From assembly GCA_030704615.1 (NCBI GenBank), contig CM060731.1, positions 57,102,001 to 57,166,000 of the forward strand: a DNA stretch of 64,000 nt, written 5' to 3'. A program made the position numbers and the translations under genes. The notes below the pieces were generated by a model. It did no database searches. It saw only the letters and a list, made by a program, of their open reading frames with translations, and had not been told where the DNA came from. Each line of letters begins with the position of its first letter. Position 1 is the first letter of the stretch. Positions 12,254 to 25,747 of this stretch are shown in pieces. Source of the stretch: Takakia lepidozioides. Its lineage: Eukaryota > Plantae > Bryophyta.

Positions 12254-15200
12254 ATGATAGTAACCAGAAGCAAAGCTAAACTAACACCTCTAGTGGATGA
12301 GGAAGAAAATGGTAATGAGGATGATAGTGACGTGCCTGAAGATGATGAGGCTTGGAGGAATGAGAAGGAACTACACAGGGAAGTGGCTGACACCATAAGG
12401 GAAATGCAGAAGAATACTGATATCCCTATGGCAGATACTTCTGACTCTGATGGAGAAGATGGAGAAGGTGAAGATGAAGTGAAGAAAGAGGCTGCACATG
12501 TGCGGGGTAATGAAAGGACTTTGGTTGAAGTAATATGCCAGACCAAAGCTGAAATTACCATTGGACAACTATTGGTTGTGGCACCTCATTGTAGGCACAG
12601 GCTGTATCAAGCGATTAATCAGATTGCTCATGTGACAGAGAACACAGACTTGAACAGCAAGCTGACAAGCTATAATGTGAAGCCAGAAGGGCGAGAAACA
12701 GTCATGGACTTTGATGATTCTATGCCAGTAATCCAATTGAGAATTGGAAGCACAGACTTGACTGATGTACTAATAGATGGAGGCTCGGGGGTGAATATCA
12801 TGACAGACCAATTAAGGCAGAAGCTTGGTCTGAGTAGTATGAAACCAGCCCCATTCACAGTAACAATGGCAGATCAAATGAGTGTACAGCCTTTAGGCTT
12901 GATAAGGGGAGTTAAGATACAGATTCAGAAGATGATCTTTAAGATCACAGTGACTGTGTTGAAAATGGATGATGTTATGTTACTCCTTATTACTGGGTCG
13001 ACCATGGCTAAAACAGGCCAAGGTATTCCATGACTGGAATTCCCAGTTACTGACTGTACATGATGGGAAGCACAAGATATAGGTCACCACTAAGAAATCT
13101 AGTAGGCTACCTGCTACCCGAAGACCTCGTGGAGTCAGAGAGTATGACTGGAGGGAGGACTTGATGAGGAGCAGGAAGCTACCATGTTTGCTGCACACCC
13201 AGAGTGGGAACATGTTGCAGAAATGCATCTGGGAGGTCTGAGTTGTTTTAAAGGTATCTGCTATGGTGCAGTAACAGCCACACCAATTGAGGGTGAAACA
13301 AGTAGTTACCCACCACATTTCTATGAGGAAAGAGAGGGAGAAATGGAAATCCTAGAAGAACCAGCCACTGTGAGTTTGCAAGATGAAGTAGTGGTTGGAT
13401 GGACAATCCCAGCGGAGGAGCAGGTGAGAGAAGTGAATGTGGGAACGGAGGAGGAACCAAGATTGGTGAAAGTGGGGGCTGACTTGGAGCCAGATTTTTT
13501 TGAGGAAGCCAAGAGTCTGTTCATCAAATACAGAGATGTATTTGCGTGGAGCTATGAGGATCTGAAAGGGATACCACCTGAGATCTGTCAGCATAAGATT
13601 GAACTGGAACCAGGGTCAGTGCCAATCAAACAGACAAGGTACATGATGAATCCCAACTATGCACATAAGGTTGGGGAAGAGATCAAGAAGTTGGCTGAGG
13701 CTAAGTTCATATACCCGATAGAGTATACAACTTGGTTGTCACCCATTGTGATAGTTCCCAAGAAGAATGACAAACTGAGAGTTTGTGTGAACTATAAGAA
13801 TCTGAATGCTTGTACAAAGAAAGATCCATTTCCATAGCCATTCACAGAGGCTGTATTGGACATTGTGGCTGGCCATGAGATGTACTCATTCATGGATGGC
13901 TTCAGTGGGTATAATCAAGTACAAGTGGTAGAAGAAGACCAGGGAAAGACAGCTTTCATCACAAACTGGGGTGCTTATGCATACAAAGTCATGCCTTTTG
14001 GACTTTGTAATGCACCAGCAACATTTCAGAGAGTGATAAGTGAATCCTTCCATGAGTATCTGGATGATTTCATGCAAGTGTTCTTAGATGATTTCAGTGT
14101 GTACAGTTCTAAGAATGAGCACTTGCATAAATTGGAGTTATGTTTGGCAAGATGCGGGATGAGAGGTCTGGGTCTGAATCCAGAAAAATGTACTTTCTGT
14201 GTGAACTTAGGGGTATTTCTGGGACACATTGTGTGTAAGAAGGGATTACTTGTGGACCCCAGAAAGACGGAGGCCATTAAAACATCACCACCACCAGGAA
14301 ATGTTAAAAGTCTAAGGAGATTCCTTGGACAAACCAGTTACTACAGAAGGTTTGTCAGACGGTATGCACTGATGGCAACACCTTTGAGCAAGCTTCTGAA
14401 GAAGGATGCAGTGTTTACATGAACAGCTGAATGTCAACAGGCTTTTGAGGAACTTACATTATCACTTGTCACGCCTAACAACAGGAGAGCCCGCCACGGG
14501 AGTAGAAGACCAATTACCTGATGCGAGTCTATTTGCAGTGGAGGTGCAAGGAAGTGCAGATGATTGGTTAGATTGGCAGTGGCCAATCAGATACTACCTT
14601 ACTCATGGTCAGTGCCCACCCAGTTATGGGAAGGAACAGAGAAAGAGAATAGCTATCAAGGCTTTACCTTACACTATGATAGGCAGCAGAATGTATAAGC
14701 TAGGACCTGATGGAGTTCTGAAACGATGCTTGTACCACCATGAAGTAAATAAAGTTTTGGAGGAAGCTCATAAAGGAGTGGCTGGAGGTCATTTTGGAGA
14801 GGAGACTACCAGTAGGAAGATACTACTTGCAGGTTACTGGTGGCCTACTTTGTTCAAGGATGTACACAAGTATTGCAAGAGTTGTGATGAGTATTAGAGG
14901 CTAGGACCATTGAGATATGGAAAGATGACTTTGCATCCTACGATGCCTACTGAACCATTTCAAAAGTGGGGACTAGACTTTGTTGGACCAATAAACCCAC
15001 CAGCCAGAAATACATAGAACAAGTATATAATCACAGCCACTGATTATACTACAAAGTGGGTAGAAGCTAAGGCTTTGAGGGACAACACAGCTAAGTCTAC
15101 AGCAAGGTTCCTGTATGAGAACATACTCACAAGATTTGGCTATCCCCTGGAATTTATTAGTGACCAGGGAAGTCACTTCATTAATGAGACTATAGAACTA

Positions 15201-15800
15201 TTGACTAAAGAGTTCATGATTGTGCACGGGAAGAGTACAACCTATTACCCACAGGGTAATGGGCAGGCAGAAGCCACCAACAAAATACTATGTACTATTT
15301 TGGCTAAGATAGTCAATGCAAACAGAACGGATTGGGATACAAAGTTGCTGACAGCTTTGTGGTCATACAAGACGTCATATAAAGTCACCACTAAGTATAC
15401 ACCATTCCAATTAGTTTATGGTATGGAAGCTTTACTTCCAGTAAGTTCTTGTTACCTACCATGAGAACTGCATGGGGAAGGAGAATGGAATTGGAAGATT
15501 AAAGTCAGGAAACATGAATTATATCATGTGGAAGAAGTACGTGCGGATGCAGCAGATAACATGACCAGAATTCAGATGAAGAGGAAGGATCAATTTGATG
15601 AAGGTAAACTGAAAACTTTTAAGACGGGTGATTTGGTTCTGTGGTTGCAGAAGAAGGGAAAGATGAAAGCTTCTAAGCTTAAGTCACCATGGAAAGGACC
15701 TTATGTCATACAGAAGATGTATGATAACAACACAGCTATGTTACAAACCATTAATAAGGAGATGTTGGGAAGAATCAATGCCAATAAGTTGAAGGGATAC
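12254..15800 (+). pseudogene. pol: Pol: aspartic protease, reverse transcriptase, integrase; RNase H deleted
   Basis: VLIDGGSGVN (PR); WLSPIVIVPKK, MDGFSGYNQ, MPFGLCNAPATFQR and FLDDF (RT); [30 protein letters not shown] and WKGPY (INT). RT runs directly into HLSRL near 14460, so the RNase H core is missing. Confidence 0.92.
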
Positions 15801-16074
15801 AGTGGTATCCATGACAAACCATTGCAGCATGATTTGCATATTGAAACACAGAAACAATCACGGGCTACATCGGTGATACCAACGGAGCATGAAGCACTTG
15901 TCGTAAAGCCGAATGTGTATGGCCTGAGCGGAGAACACGGGTGTTCGCACAGCTATCACAACCCATCACAGTACCACACAGTCTATCACAGTCCATCACA
16001 GTCCATCACAACATCACACAGCCTATCACAGTTTACCACAGTTTGACACAGCTTGTCACAGCCCAACACAGCCT

Positions 16075-19000
16075 ATGCGAGTTGCACAGTCCATAGAATC
16101 AGTGACAGGTGGACGCGGGTTAGCGTCAGAAAAGTGGCCGGCAAGTGAAAGGATAGCTTGGAAGTCAAACTCGGAGAATGTGCCACGCGGACAGGGGAAG
16201 ACGGGGGCATGTTTAAAAGCGAACACGTGGCCACTAGGGCAAAGCACACCGCGGTGCATATATTGTAAAAGTGGGTGTCATCATGCAAGAGGACAAACTG
16301 GGCCGTCAAAGTACCTACCCGGTACATCAACCAAAGCTATTTGTGGGCCCATTAATGCATTCAGGGCAAAGGTAACGGAACCCTTTACGTGTACAGAAAA
16401 GGGGGGCCTTTGCCACATGTGCTGTCCTAGTGGACATTTCAGGTGGGAATGTCCACTGAGAGGGGTAAAATTAAGAAGTTACCCAAGGAGGCAACAGCCA
16501 ATCAGGAGCGAGAATTTCATGCAGGTGGTTCCCTCCAAGAAACAAGAACAAGAAATTAGAAGAGCTATGAGCGGAAAAGTCGGGGTGGCTCCAAATAACC
16601 AGCGTCTCGACGGGAGGGGCAATCAAAGCTATAGCTTTGTAGCTATGGCGGATATTACAGACTATACATTAGCTTTACTTCTCACGCAGTGGTGCAAGGA
16701 CGGACAGGTTGAAAGGACATTCTCTCTCACCCACTATCTGCAAGCCCCACAGGCTTACACGCACTTACCCGTTCCTTTCTATGCCAACCATACCTTTATG
16801 TTCTACGCCCTGCAAGCTTTCCTACAACTGTTTCAAACAAGGCCTTCTTGTTTGTCTGGGATGAAGAGAGTTAGGGGAATGGAGGATGTCAGGGTGAAGA
16901 GCACCACGATTCTGCAGAAGCAAACAATTGCTACACCACAGACAGTGCAGCTGCTAAAGGAGTTGCGATTGGAAGGGCTGCTATGCAAGGATTGGTCTTT
17001 GCATCATCGGAAGTATACGATTCAATTCATTCAGAACTTTGAGCCTAGGACAGGAGTTACACAGGTGAGGGGAGTAGATGTAGAGATTACTCCCCAGTAC
17101 TTGCAGCAACTGTTTGAATTGCCATCTCGGCATGTGAATGTGGATGAACACAGGGCAAGATTGCAAATGGTCAATTTGTTCCAAGAAACGAGTTTCTTTA
17201 AAACTCAAGGATACACCTGCACCAAGGCTGAGTACCCAGGGCTAAGAGAAGTTGGCCAAATACTGAATGTTTTGTTTGCCATGAAACAGACGGTACTTGA
17301 GCAGATCATTCACGGAGGAGATACTGAAAAGGATGTAGCTTGGGCGGAGTTGATGTACAATGGTCTGGTGGAAGAGATGAAGCGGTTACAGGGCATTGTA
17401 GCTAAGTCTCCGATCATAGTGTCTGGCCCAATAATTGCGCAAATTATCTTTGATTCTTGCATACTTGATGCACGAGAACGTAAGGAGATGGGAGTGTTTG
17501 AGACAGCAACCACTGCAAATGAGGAACATGGCTCTTCACATGGTGAAAGTGGATTGGAGGGGCAGCACCAGTCCAAGAGGCAGAAGCGGGATACGACTGT
17601 GGCAGATCCACTAGCTTCAAGGAAACCACAAGATGATATTTCCATAGTTCTTGTACAGGATGGGGAACAGCAGCACAGAAGGCTGTTGTTACTGGAAGCA
17701 CGGCCTGTGGAGAGGAGGAAGAAGTTACCTCAGTACCACAGCCACCACAGTCAGTTGACTCAATTGTTCTGGGGGTCACTCAGATAGTACATGTTGTTAC
17801 ACCAGAGCCTATTGCTCTGGAAGGAGAAGGGCTGGACATTCCCACTACATAACAGGTAGTGGCAGAAATTGAGAAGGGGGACCTTCTCTATGAAAACTTT
17901 GGCTTGGTCAGGGAACCAGTGGTGCCAAAGATGCAGAGTTTGACCGAGGAAATCCCTGCTGTGCATGTGATGCCCGAACCTGTGGAGGAGGTTCCAGAGG
18001 TAGAAGGTAGGGGCACTGCAACACTTGTGGAGAATGAGGTCGTTCAGGACGAAGATCTTGTGGGAACATGGCCTGAATGGTTGGTGAAACATCACACTGT
18101 GCAGAATCAGGGTGACCACCAACGGGGTTCCCATGACGACCCACAGTAGGCCATGCTTATGAGTTCCATAAGCAGTTGGGCACATATGTGAAGTCTCATG
18201 TTCCATCTACACAATTGGCAGCTTTGAGAGAGGAACTCAAGCAGGAGTTTGAGGCTAGAATTGCCACTGAGTGTGCAAACAAGGTGGATATGGAGGCCAA
18301 CCTCAAGTTGCAGAAAGAATTGGAGGACACCAAGGCTGCCCTGCAGCTAGCAAAGGGGAATCTGATTGAAGCGGGTCTGGAGCAGGGGAAGTTGCATGAA
18401 GCGCATAAGCAGCAGCTATATCAATTGCAGGTGAAGCATGAGGGCAAATTGCAAGAAGTGACGGTGCTTCATACAGAGTTGGAGGCAGTTCATCAGAGAA
18501 TGACCATATAATGTGCCACATTAACAACTGCTCTGGAGCAAACTGCATTAGAAGTTAATAGAATAGCAGAGAGATGTATGATGGCAGAGGCTGAGACAGT
18601 AGAGCAGGGGAAACTTATTGCTGATATGAAGGCTATTCTCCATTGCAATGATGATACTTTCCAACAATACAGTCGGGTTTAGGCTGAGAAGAAAAGGTTC
18701 ATCATGCAGTTGCAGCAATCACTCACGGGCCACAAGAATGAACTCTTTGTGGCTAACAAGGCTTGGAAGGAAACCAATAATCTGCTGCCTATGCGGGCTT
18801 GGTTGAACCTCATGCAAAGCGCATGAAGGCCTTACAACAGCAGTTAGATGTGTACAGACTTAAGGAGGAGCAGGCTCTCCGGGGTGCTACACAGGACTTG
18901 GTGGATAATCATCTTATACAAGTATGGTTAACACAAGGGCCGGTGGAAGGGAAGGCACCATGAAAGCTCACTCAGGGGGAGATGAATGATCTCAGGTTGC

Positions 19001-20388
19001 AGGTGCACAACATTGCCACAACTACTATAGAGAATGTCTATAGTAGGATAGTAGAGTTACAGGATGATGTGGAAGGGCTGCAGACTCAAGTAGATGACTT
19101 GAGTTCCAACATTGACAAACGAGTCTTTGTTCCTAAGGAGCAGCTGGTGGCTACTTATTTGCATGCCAGAACCCTGGTTTTTCAATCTTCATCACAAGAG
19201 GTACAAGAAATGCCAGTTTAGGAGGGACAGTGGCGGCAATATCATAGCCCCCACAGCCGGTGGCTGTGCAAGTGGCTGGCACTGTTGATACCGTGGCAAT
19301 GCCACAGGCTTAGGTTTGGGGGGATGCTGCTTTTCACCCATCTAGGACTCCTGCTGCACTGGAGTACAAACGGGCTATGATTATGCCCTTCAACCAAATT
19401 CCCATTTTGATGGATTTGGCTTGGAAGGAATTCAGTCCTCCACAGTCTCTGGCACATTATTACCAGATCATGCGCATTTGGTTGCCAGTGGCAACTAGGA
19501 CTAAGGTTCTTCCGAACAATCGACCCATTGAGGATCATCATTTTGCAAGGTACTGGTCTTAGGCAGGCACCATGCTGAGGGAATTAATTGTCTTTCAGGT
19601 TGTTCATGGGTACATCTACACCAAAACCAAGGAGGTATCTAGTATTGTCATGGGCTGTGGATTGTACTATGCTGCTTGTTTCATTGCACGGTATCACATT
19701 GAGCAGCAAAAGATGCAATCAAGATTTCTGAGTTATTCCAGTAGAGATCATTGGGTCTTCCCTTCAGTTCCACCTCATATGTATCTATATGATGCGAAAA
19801 TCATGATGCAGAAGGATTCCTAGCTTCGTTCATGGTTTAATTTGGCTTGGAACAGCTTAGCCAAAGAAAAATTGGGCCCTGATAATATTTTTTATAAGGG
19901 ACATGAAGCCTGGAAATACTTGCACTGTTCCAAGGTCATTGGCACACCTCTCATCTATACGGCCAAGGAGTTCAGGGAATTCACTCATTTTGCTTGCAAG
20001 CGATTAAAGCCTAGTAGTCTACTTCAAGCTTCCAGACATGGTGGGCCAACACTGCATGCCATGCAGGATTCCTGAGGAACCACTTAAAGTTCGGCCGCCG
20101 AAACACCTCAGGGGGGAAGATGATTATGATACTACTGGTTCTACAGAGGAACCTTTTGACATGGCGGAGGACTACGCACTACAGATGGCAGAGAAGAAAT
20201 GGCGGGGATCTCCTATGCCTGAGAGGTTACCTCGTTATCAACCACAGGAGGGTCAAGCATTTCCGTTTGGTACTCAGTCGTCTCCATCAGCCAGTGACAG
20301 GGCTTGGGCTCGCACACAGAGCCCTCCAAAGGGTTCTCACCGTCAGAAGGGTGCTCGCTCACAACGGTTTGCTGATCCTAAACAGTAA
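16075..20388 (+). pseudogene. Large extra 3' ORF region (CCHC knuckle, plant-transposon-protein-like domain, coiled coil), interrupted
   Basis: 570-aa ORF containing CHMCCPSGHFRWEC and LRLEGLL...IQFIQNF...VRGVDVEITPQYLQQLFELP, followed by sense fragments with heptad-rich sequence up to the PPT. Confidence 0.6.
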
Positions 20389-20426
20389 ACCGTGAGGACA
20401 CGGCTTTTTGAGAGGGGGAGGGGTAA

Positions 20427-21434
20427 TGTTAGAGGGCTGTCTGGGACTTAGACACTTTTATGGGCTCTGTGGGGTACCCTTAATTTTTGCGCAGACTTAC
20501 GGATGGTAGACTTAGACCAACAGAGGTCTTGGGGGTGACAGGCACAGGCTTTAGGGGTGGTAGACAGGTTTACACACTCAGTCACAGTCCATCATAGCCA
20601 TACACAGCCTTACACAGTCTGTCACGGTCAATCACAGCCTATCACAGTTAGTCACAGTCTATCACAGCTCGGCACAGTTTCGCACAGCCAGTCACAGCCC
20701 GACACAACTTTACACAGCCAGTTACAGCCGACACAGTCCGACACGGCCAGTCATAGCTCGGCACAGTCACAGCCCGACACAGCTTGGCACAACCCGTCAC
20801 AGCGTACATAGGGAACGGTTATCATTAGCAGGGAACGACTGTGTGGGAACGACATCTGCAGAGGGAACGTGTTACTTCAGGGGTGACAGTTAGTTAGTTA
20901 GGCGGTTAGAACAGCTTGCATATAGATGAGGCAGAGTAGCAACGGGGGGGGGGAGTTCTTGGTCATGAGTGGAGGAGATGAAGTGGAGAGCAGGAATGGA
21001 ACCAAGGATGGAGAACACGGCGAAGATGGGAAGATGATTGGATCGATGCTTGATTCATGCAAGTTGTAGAGTCGTATTGTAGAACAGATTAGAGACACTA
21101 TGGCTACGGCCTGATACTGAACAAAGATTAATATGATACACATTCCTTACCCACACCATGTAGAGAGAACTGAGTGAAGTTGTGGAATGAATGGTTGAGC
21201 AATCGGAACCTCGTAGATTGCTGAAGTAAACTGTTTCTCAAATATAAACAGTAAGGTAATATGCTGATAAGAAGGCAAGAAGGAATACAAACAAGAAGCA
21301 CTACCATGATACACCAGATGTAGGTCATGACTGATTGTTCTAAGCGGGCTGAGTGCTTAGAGATATCCAACTCTTCTATTTTGGAGTTCCCTCCTCGGAT
21401 AGCGAAGGGATGGGTGAGTAAAAGCCGCTCGACA
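20427..21434 (+). repeat. 3' LTR
   Basis: Preceded by PPT GAGAGGGGGAGGGGT, ends GCCGCTCGACA, followed by TSD GCCTC. Confidence 0.95.
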
Positions 21435-21544
21435 GCCTCCCTGATGTTGTCGTACTTGTACTGAAGCTGTTTTTGGACACTTGCTGGAACATCCTGGTTG
21501 TGGAGAGGCATGTGGAAGGAGAGAGATCTCCAAAGCCCGACCCA

Positions 21545-21615
21545 CACCCATGGTGGGCATATCCTGCAATCATCGCACTCCATGAGACCACATCACGTTC
21601 AGCCATCTTCTGATA
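21545..21615 (-). pseudogene. Short PPR fragment
   Basis: KMAERDVVSWSAMIAGYAHHG. Confidence 0.7.
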
Positions 21616-22156
21616 AGAAGGGAAAACAGGGTCAAATGTGTTGAAGAAGGTGCCTTGAGTAGCAGTGCCTGATTTTATCAATTGTGCCGCTGCTATTGCG
21701 GCTTCCAGTTGACCATCTACCCATGCAGGTTTCTTGTAGCTATCCTTCCACATGGAATTATAGGTAATCTGGAGCTTGAAATTTGGCCCTCTTGGATGAA
21801 TCTCGACCCACACTCTATCCCTGCTCCTTCAGCTATCCATGTCTCTGCACAAATCATGCATACATCCTTGCCTTGCTGCTAGCAGCTCACATGACAGCCT
21901 AGAATTGTTCTTGCAAACACCCCAACCCTACTTATCACACTAGTTCCTATGCTGACCTGTGTCTGCTTCCAACAGACGTTCACCTTTTTGCCTGGATTGT
22001 TCCACCATTAACTGGGGTCGGAAACGTATTCATTCCAGAGCTTCTCCTTGTCTCTGTTATCTGTTTTCCGATACTTTCATGTTGCCACATTGGTAGTAAC
22101 ATGTCAAAATCACTCCAAAACCAGGTGTTGATAATTGGGCTCTACTCCATGTAAAA

Positions 22157-22474
22157 TTGGTTGCAGTCTGCCCCGATTTTGATCGTAGCAGTGATGCATG
22201 CAGGAAGAAGTGGAAGAAGATATATGAGGACTCCAAGGTTGACTACACTGCCAACGGAATTAGTGGGAATGGAAAATCCGCAAAATGTAAGTGGTACATG
22301 CTTGTTGACAATTGGATGCATGAAAGGACAAATGCTTTCCACCATCATCATGGTAGTGCTACAGATGTTGATCCCAATGGTGGGAATGTTGAAAAAGAAC
22401 CAGAGGGTTTAGGTGTTGACATTGATGCAGCACCAAAACCAAGTTTTTCAACTGCACATACCCTGACTGGATGA
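22157..22474 (+). pseudogene. Myb/SANT-like (trihelix) protein fragment of a PIF/Harbinger element
   Basis: RSSDACRKKWKKIY...CKWYMLVDNWM, convergent with the Harbinger transposase. Confidence 0.65.
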
Positions 22475-22910
22475 AAAGGAGAAAAATAAACAACACAAGA
22501 AGCAATCAAGGAGTTGTCTCAACAATAAAAATTGCTCCTTGACAATATAAAGAAACCGAGAATGCAAAATTAGCATTACTCCAGCAAATACTCGGTACAA
22601 TGTCTGAAATTGTGAAGAAATTCTAGATGAGGGCCTCAAATGAAGTACCTACTCCTCCCCGGATTCATCCTCGCTCGATAGTCCTACATAGTGTTTTGGG
22701 CATATTTGTTCCATGTCCCTTATTCTCTTTCGGCTGAATAAAGACTTGGCAATGGAATTTCGTCTCATATACATTTCCTTAGTGCTTGCGTTATCCCTTG
22801 TATTCCAACCTGGAAGTGCACCTTCACCATGTTGACATGTGGTCGTGTGCGAGTATTGAATTGTTGTGCTGTAAGCTTTACACCATTCATCTCCCATATT
22901 GTGTCCTCTC

Positions 22911-23915
22911 CTACAGCCGCTGCTTCATGTTTGCCTTGATGCATGCCTTGCGCGACCTCTCTGAATTCATCAATCCAAGAGGTGTTGAATGAGACTTTGT
23001 GAGTGATGGTGATATATTATGTAAAATCAAACGAGCTGTAACATGAATGGGTACATATTCTAGATTGCAATCCATTCGTTTTAATAAAATCCTCCATCTT
23101 CCCTTCAGTATGCCAAAAGCTCGTTCTATGCACATTCTTGAGCTTGTTTGCACAAAATTCCAATTTGTCTGCTCCCTAGTAAATCCATCTTTGCTTCCAA
23201 TAAATGGAGCAAACATCCATGGCATGCATTGGTAAGTAGCGTCACCTGGAAGGGCATAGGGATTCAAGCCACCACTATGGCATACACGGCCAATTTGTGA
23301 TTTTCCAAACAGGTTCCAGTCATGAATACTACCACACCACCCTATATTATAATCCCAAAAGCAACATGAGGTGTCGACAATGCCTTGTAATAAGACAGAA
23401 TGAAAACCCTTCATGTTATGATAATCAGGTGCATGCTCAACAGGGGCAATAATCGGAATATGACTGCCATCAATCGCCCCTATGCACCAGGGTATACCAT
23501 GTAAAGATTCAAAATCTTTACTCATCTCTCTCATTTTGGATGCAGAGGGCCATTTGATGTAGAGATCACGACAACTAGTCTTCAGTGCATGACAAAATTC
23601 CAACACGATATTCTGAGCAGCAGAAATTTCTACTCCAAAGCAATATGAGAGTATACTCAAGGTACTACCAGTGGCTAACCTTGCTATAAAAATAGCAACC
23701 GTAGTCTCCATTGGAATAGCAATTCGACACCTAGTATCTTGTTTCTTCAAAAAAGGAGCTACCTGTGCACACAAGTACGAGAAAGTTTCTCTTGACATGC
23801 GCCTCCTGTCCTTGAACATTTTGGCACTGTAAGAGCATCCCCACCCTACACTGAACCCAGCACGCCAACGGAACATGAGGGTATGGTGGGCGGGAAACGT
23901 CCCCCACCCATGCAC
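22911..23915 (-). CDS. PIF/Harbinger DDE transposase (HARBI1-like), probably truncated or decayed
   Basis: FKDRRRMSRETFSYL, GAIDGSHIPI, YHNMKGFHSVLLQGIVD, GSIHD, GDATY, RMCIERAFGILKGRWRIL and LHNI motifs. Confidence 0.9.
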   Translation of the reverse strand: MHGWGTFPAHHTLMFRWRAGFSVGWGCSYSAKMFKDRRRMSRETFSYLCAQVAPFLKKQDTRCRIAIPMETTVAIFIARLATGSTLSILSYCFGVEISAAQNIVLEFCHALKTSCRDLYIKWPSASKMREMSKDFESLHGIPWCIGAIDGSHIPIIAPVEHAPDYHNMKGFHSVLLQGIVDTSCCFWDYNIGWCGSIHDWNLFGKSQIGRVCHSGGLNPYALPGDATYQCMPWMFAPFIGSKDGFTREQTNWNFVQTSSRMCIERAFGILKGRWRILLKRMDCNLEYVPIHVTARLILHNISPSLTKSHSTPLGLMNSERSRKACIKANMKQRL

Positions 23916-25301
23916 TGAACCCTATATCCCGTGAAAAGCTCGCACTGAATATCGTTCCGTGCACTGAACCCGAGCGCTTATTCTGCGCACAGAAAACGTC
24001 CCTGAATCCAAGTCAACATGACCAAGCGCGTGCCTATCAGCATCTTGGCGGAGATCTCGCCCCTTCCGGCCAATGGGAGGCGAGGTGCGCGGGGATGGCG
24101 TGGGCGATTTCGGGACAAGGGTGTGCACGAGTCGGGCTGTCACGCCACAGAACCCAGCAGGCACTGAATCGATGACACTATCTTTTGTGTTACATGGAGT
24201 TTTTCGGGCTCAAGGGTGGTGATGCTCTGAGCTCCCAAGAGATAAGTATCTGCAAAACCTTTAGGTCTCAAATGCATGGATCCTTCCCTTCTTCGAACCA
24301 GACAAGTTGTCTTGCAATATCAAACTCTGAAGCATGGTCAATACCGTTTGGAGATTGTTGTTGATTGCTAGAGAATGTCTACTCGACATAGCCTCTAAAA
24401 TAATGAACATGGAAAACTGAAGAGCAAGTGTTGCAAGGAGATCCCTTCCCGAAGGCTCCATGGTTGTGTGCGATACTCTCAACAAGAAACCTTAACAAAA
24501 AAAACCAGACAGTTTGAGCGAGATATCTTGTCCAGTGGACCCCTTTTGTCCACTACTCGGTGTGAAAATGCTATGAAGCTCGTCCGTTGGGTTCCCGCAA
24601 CTTCCCGCAACTTTTGATGACATGGCATCTGTGAAGCGGCCGAAACAGTGGACAAACGTTATTTTTGAGTGTTTTGTCCGGTCGCTGGTCTGGAAGGGAC
24701 CTAAGAGGGATAGTGCCGGGGATGCCTGGGCAAAAACTGCCCGCCTGCCACGTACTCCGCGCCACGTTGGCACACAGCCCTCGCCCTCCTCCCCGTTTCC
24801 CTGCTCCTCAGTGCCACGTGGGCACAAGGCTGGTTGTGGGACTCGCCTGCCCCCCAGCCTTCCTCGCCCAGGCCCAGGCCCAGGCCTTGCCACGTAAGGG
24901 CCTCCCTACCCGCCACGTCGCCCTCCCACAGGCTGTTGTATGGCGGGCTCTCCTATACACTCTCCCATACCATGTCTCAAAAGAATATCGCTCAACCAGA
25001 TTGAGCTATTTCTTTTTCTTAAAAAAAATTTACAGAAAGGGATGGTAGCCCTATCAAAATATATCAACACATATATTTTATAATATATATAATAAAAATA
25101 TATATTCTGATATATTAAGCTATGCACATATGCAAATAGTGGGTTTAGAAGTGTCATTTAAGTGGACTAGTACTATAGGGGATCCCCATATTTCATACAT
25201 CTCAAACATTCATCCATACACCAAATATATGCAAAATATGATTGGGGAGTGTCATGTAAGTGGGCTAGTGTTGTATTGCATGATGATATTTCTTAGACAT
25301 T

Positions 25302-25747
25302 AAAGTTATCCGTTAAGTGACCAGCCCTTCCGCCCCCTAATACATCCCCACTATACCTCCCTTCGGCACTTTGCGCGTATCCAGAAAGTCATGCAGACAG
25401 AGTATCAAAACCAAAACTAGGGACGGCAGCGGGGCCACGCACAGGTGCGCACACGTGTTCTACTTAAAGTCGGCGTGTATTCTCCTTAAATCAGCGTGGG
25501 CCCTGCCCCAGCCTCATGCCCCCGCTTGATTCCACGCCGCGCCACGTAACCCGAGAGGAAAGCCAAAAACCAAATGTAGGATGAAACTCGTTTTGCTCTC
25601 ATTTTGGTGCTATTTTGAGTTTGGTCTTGTATTTTTTTGGCTTGTATTTTAATCCCCTGCTCTTTTGACATTTATTGCACTTCAACCTCTCTTTTGGCCA
25701 AACTGGCCTAACTCACCCTCCATCCCTTGTACTTAACGGATAACTTT
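25302..25747. mobile_element. MITE related to the 1025 element, TIR AAAGTTATCCGTTAAGT, 3-bp TSD ATT
   Basis: TIRs at 25302 and ending at 25747 (ACTTAACGGATAACTTT). ATT at 25299-25301 and 25748-25750. Confidence 0.8.

Larger units (their letters stand above)
8582..21434 (+). mobile_element. Full-length non-chromovirus Ty3/Gypsy LTR retrotransposon, decayed
   Basis: TG..CA LTRs at 8582-9642 and 20427-21434. 5-bp TSD GCCTC (8577-8581, 21435-21439). PBS TGGCGACCATACTGGGGA at 9645 and PPT at 20410-20424. Domain order gag-PR-RT-INT. Confidence 0.95.
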
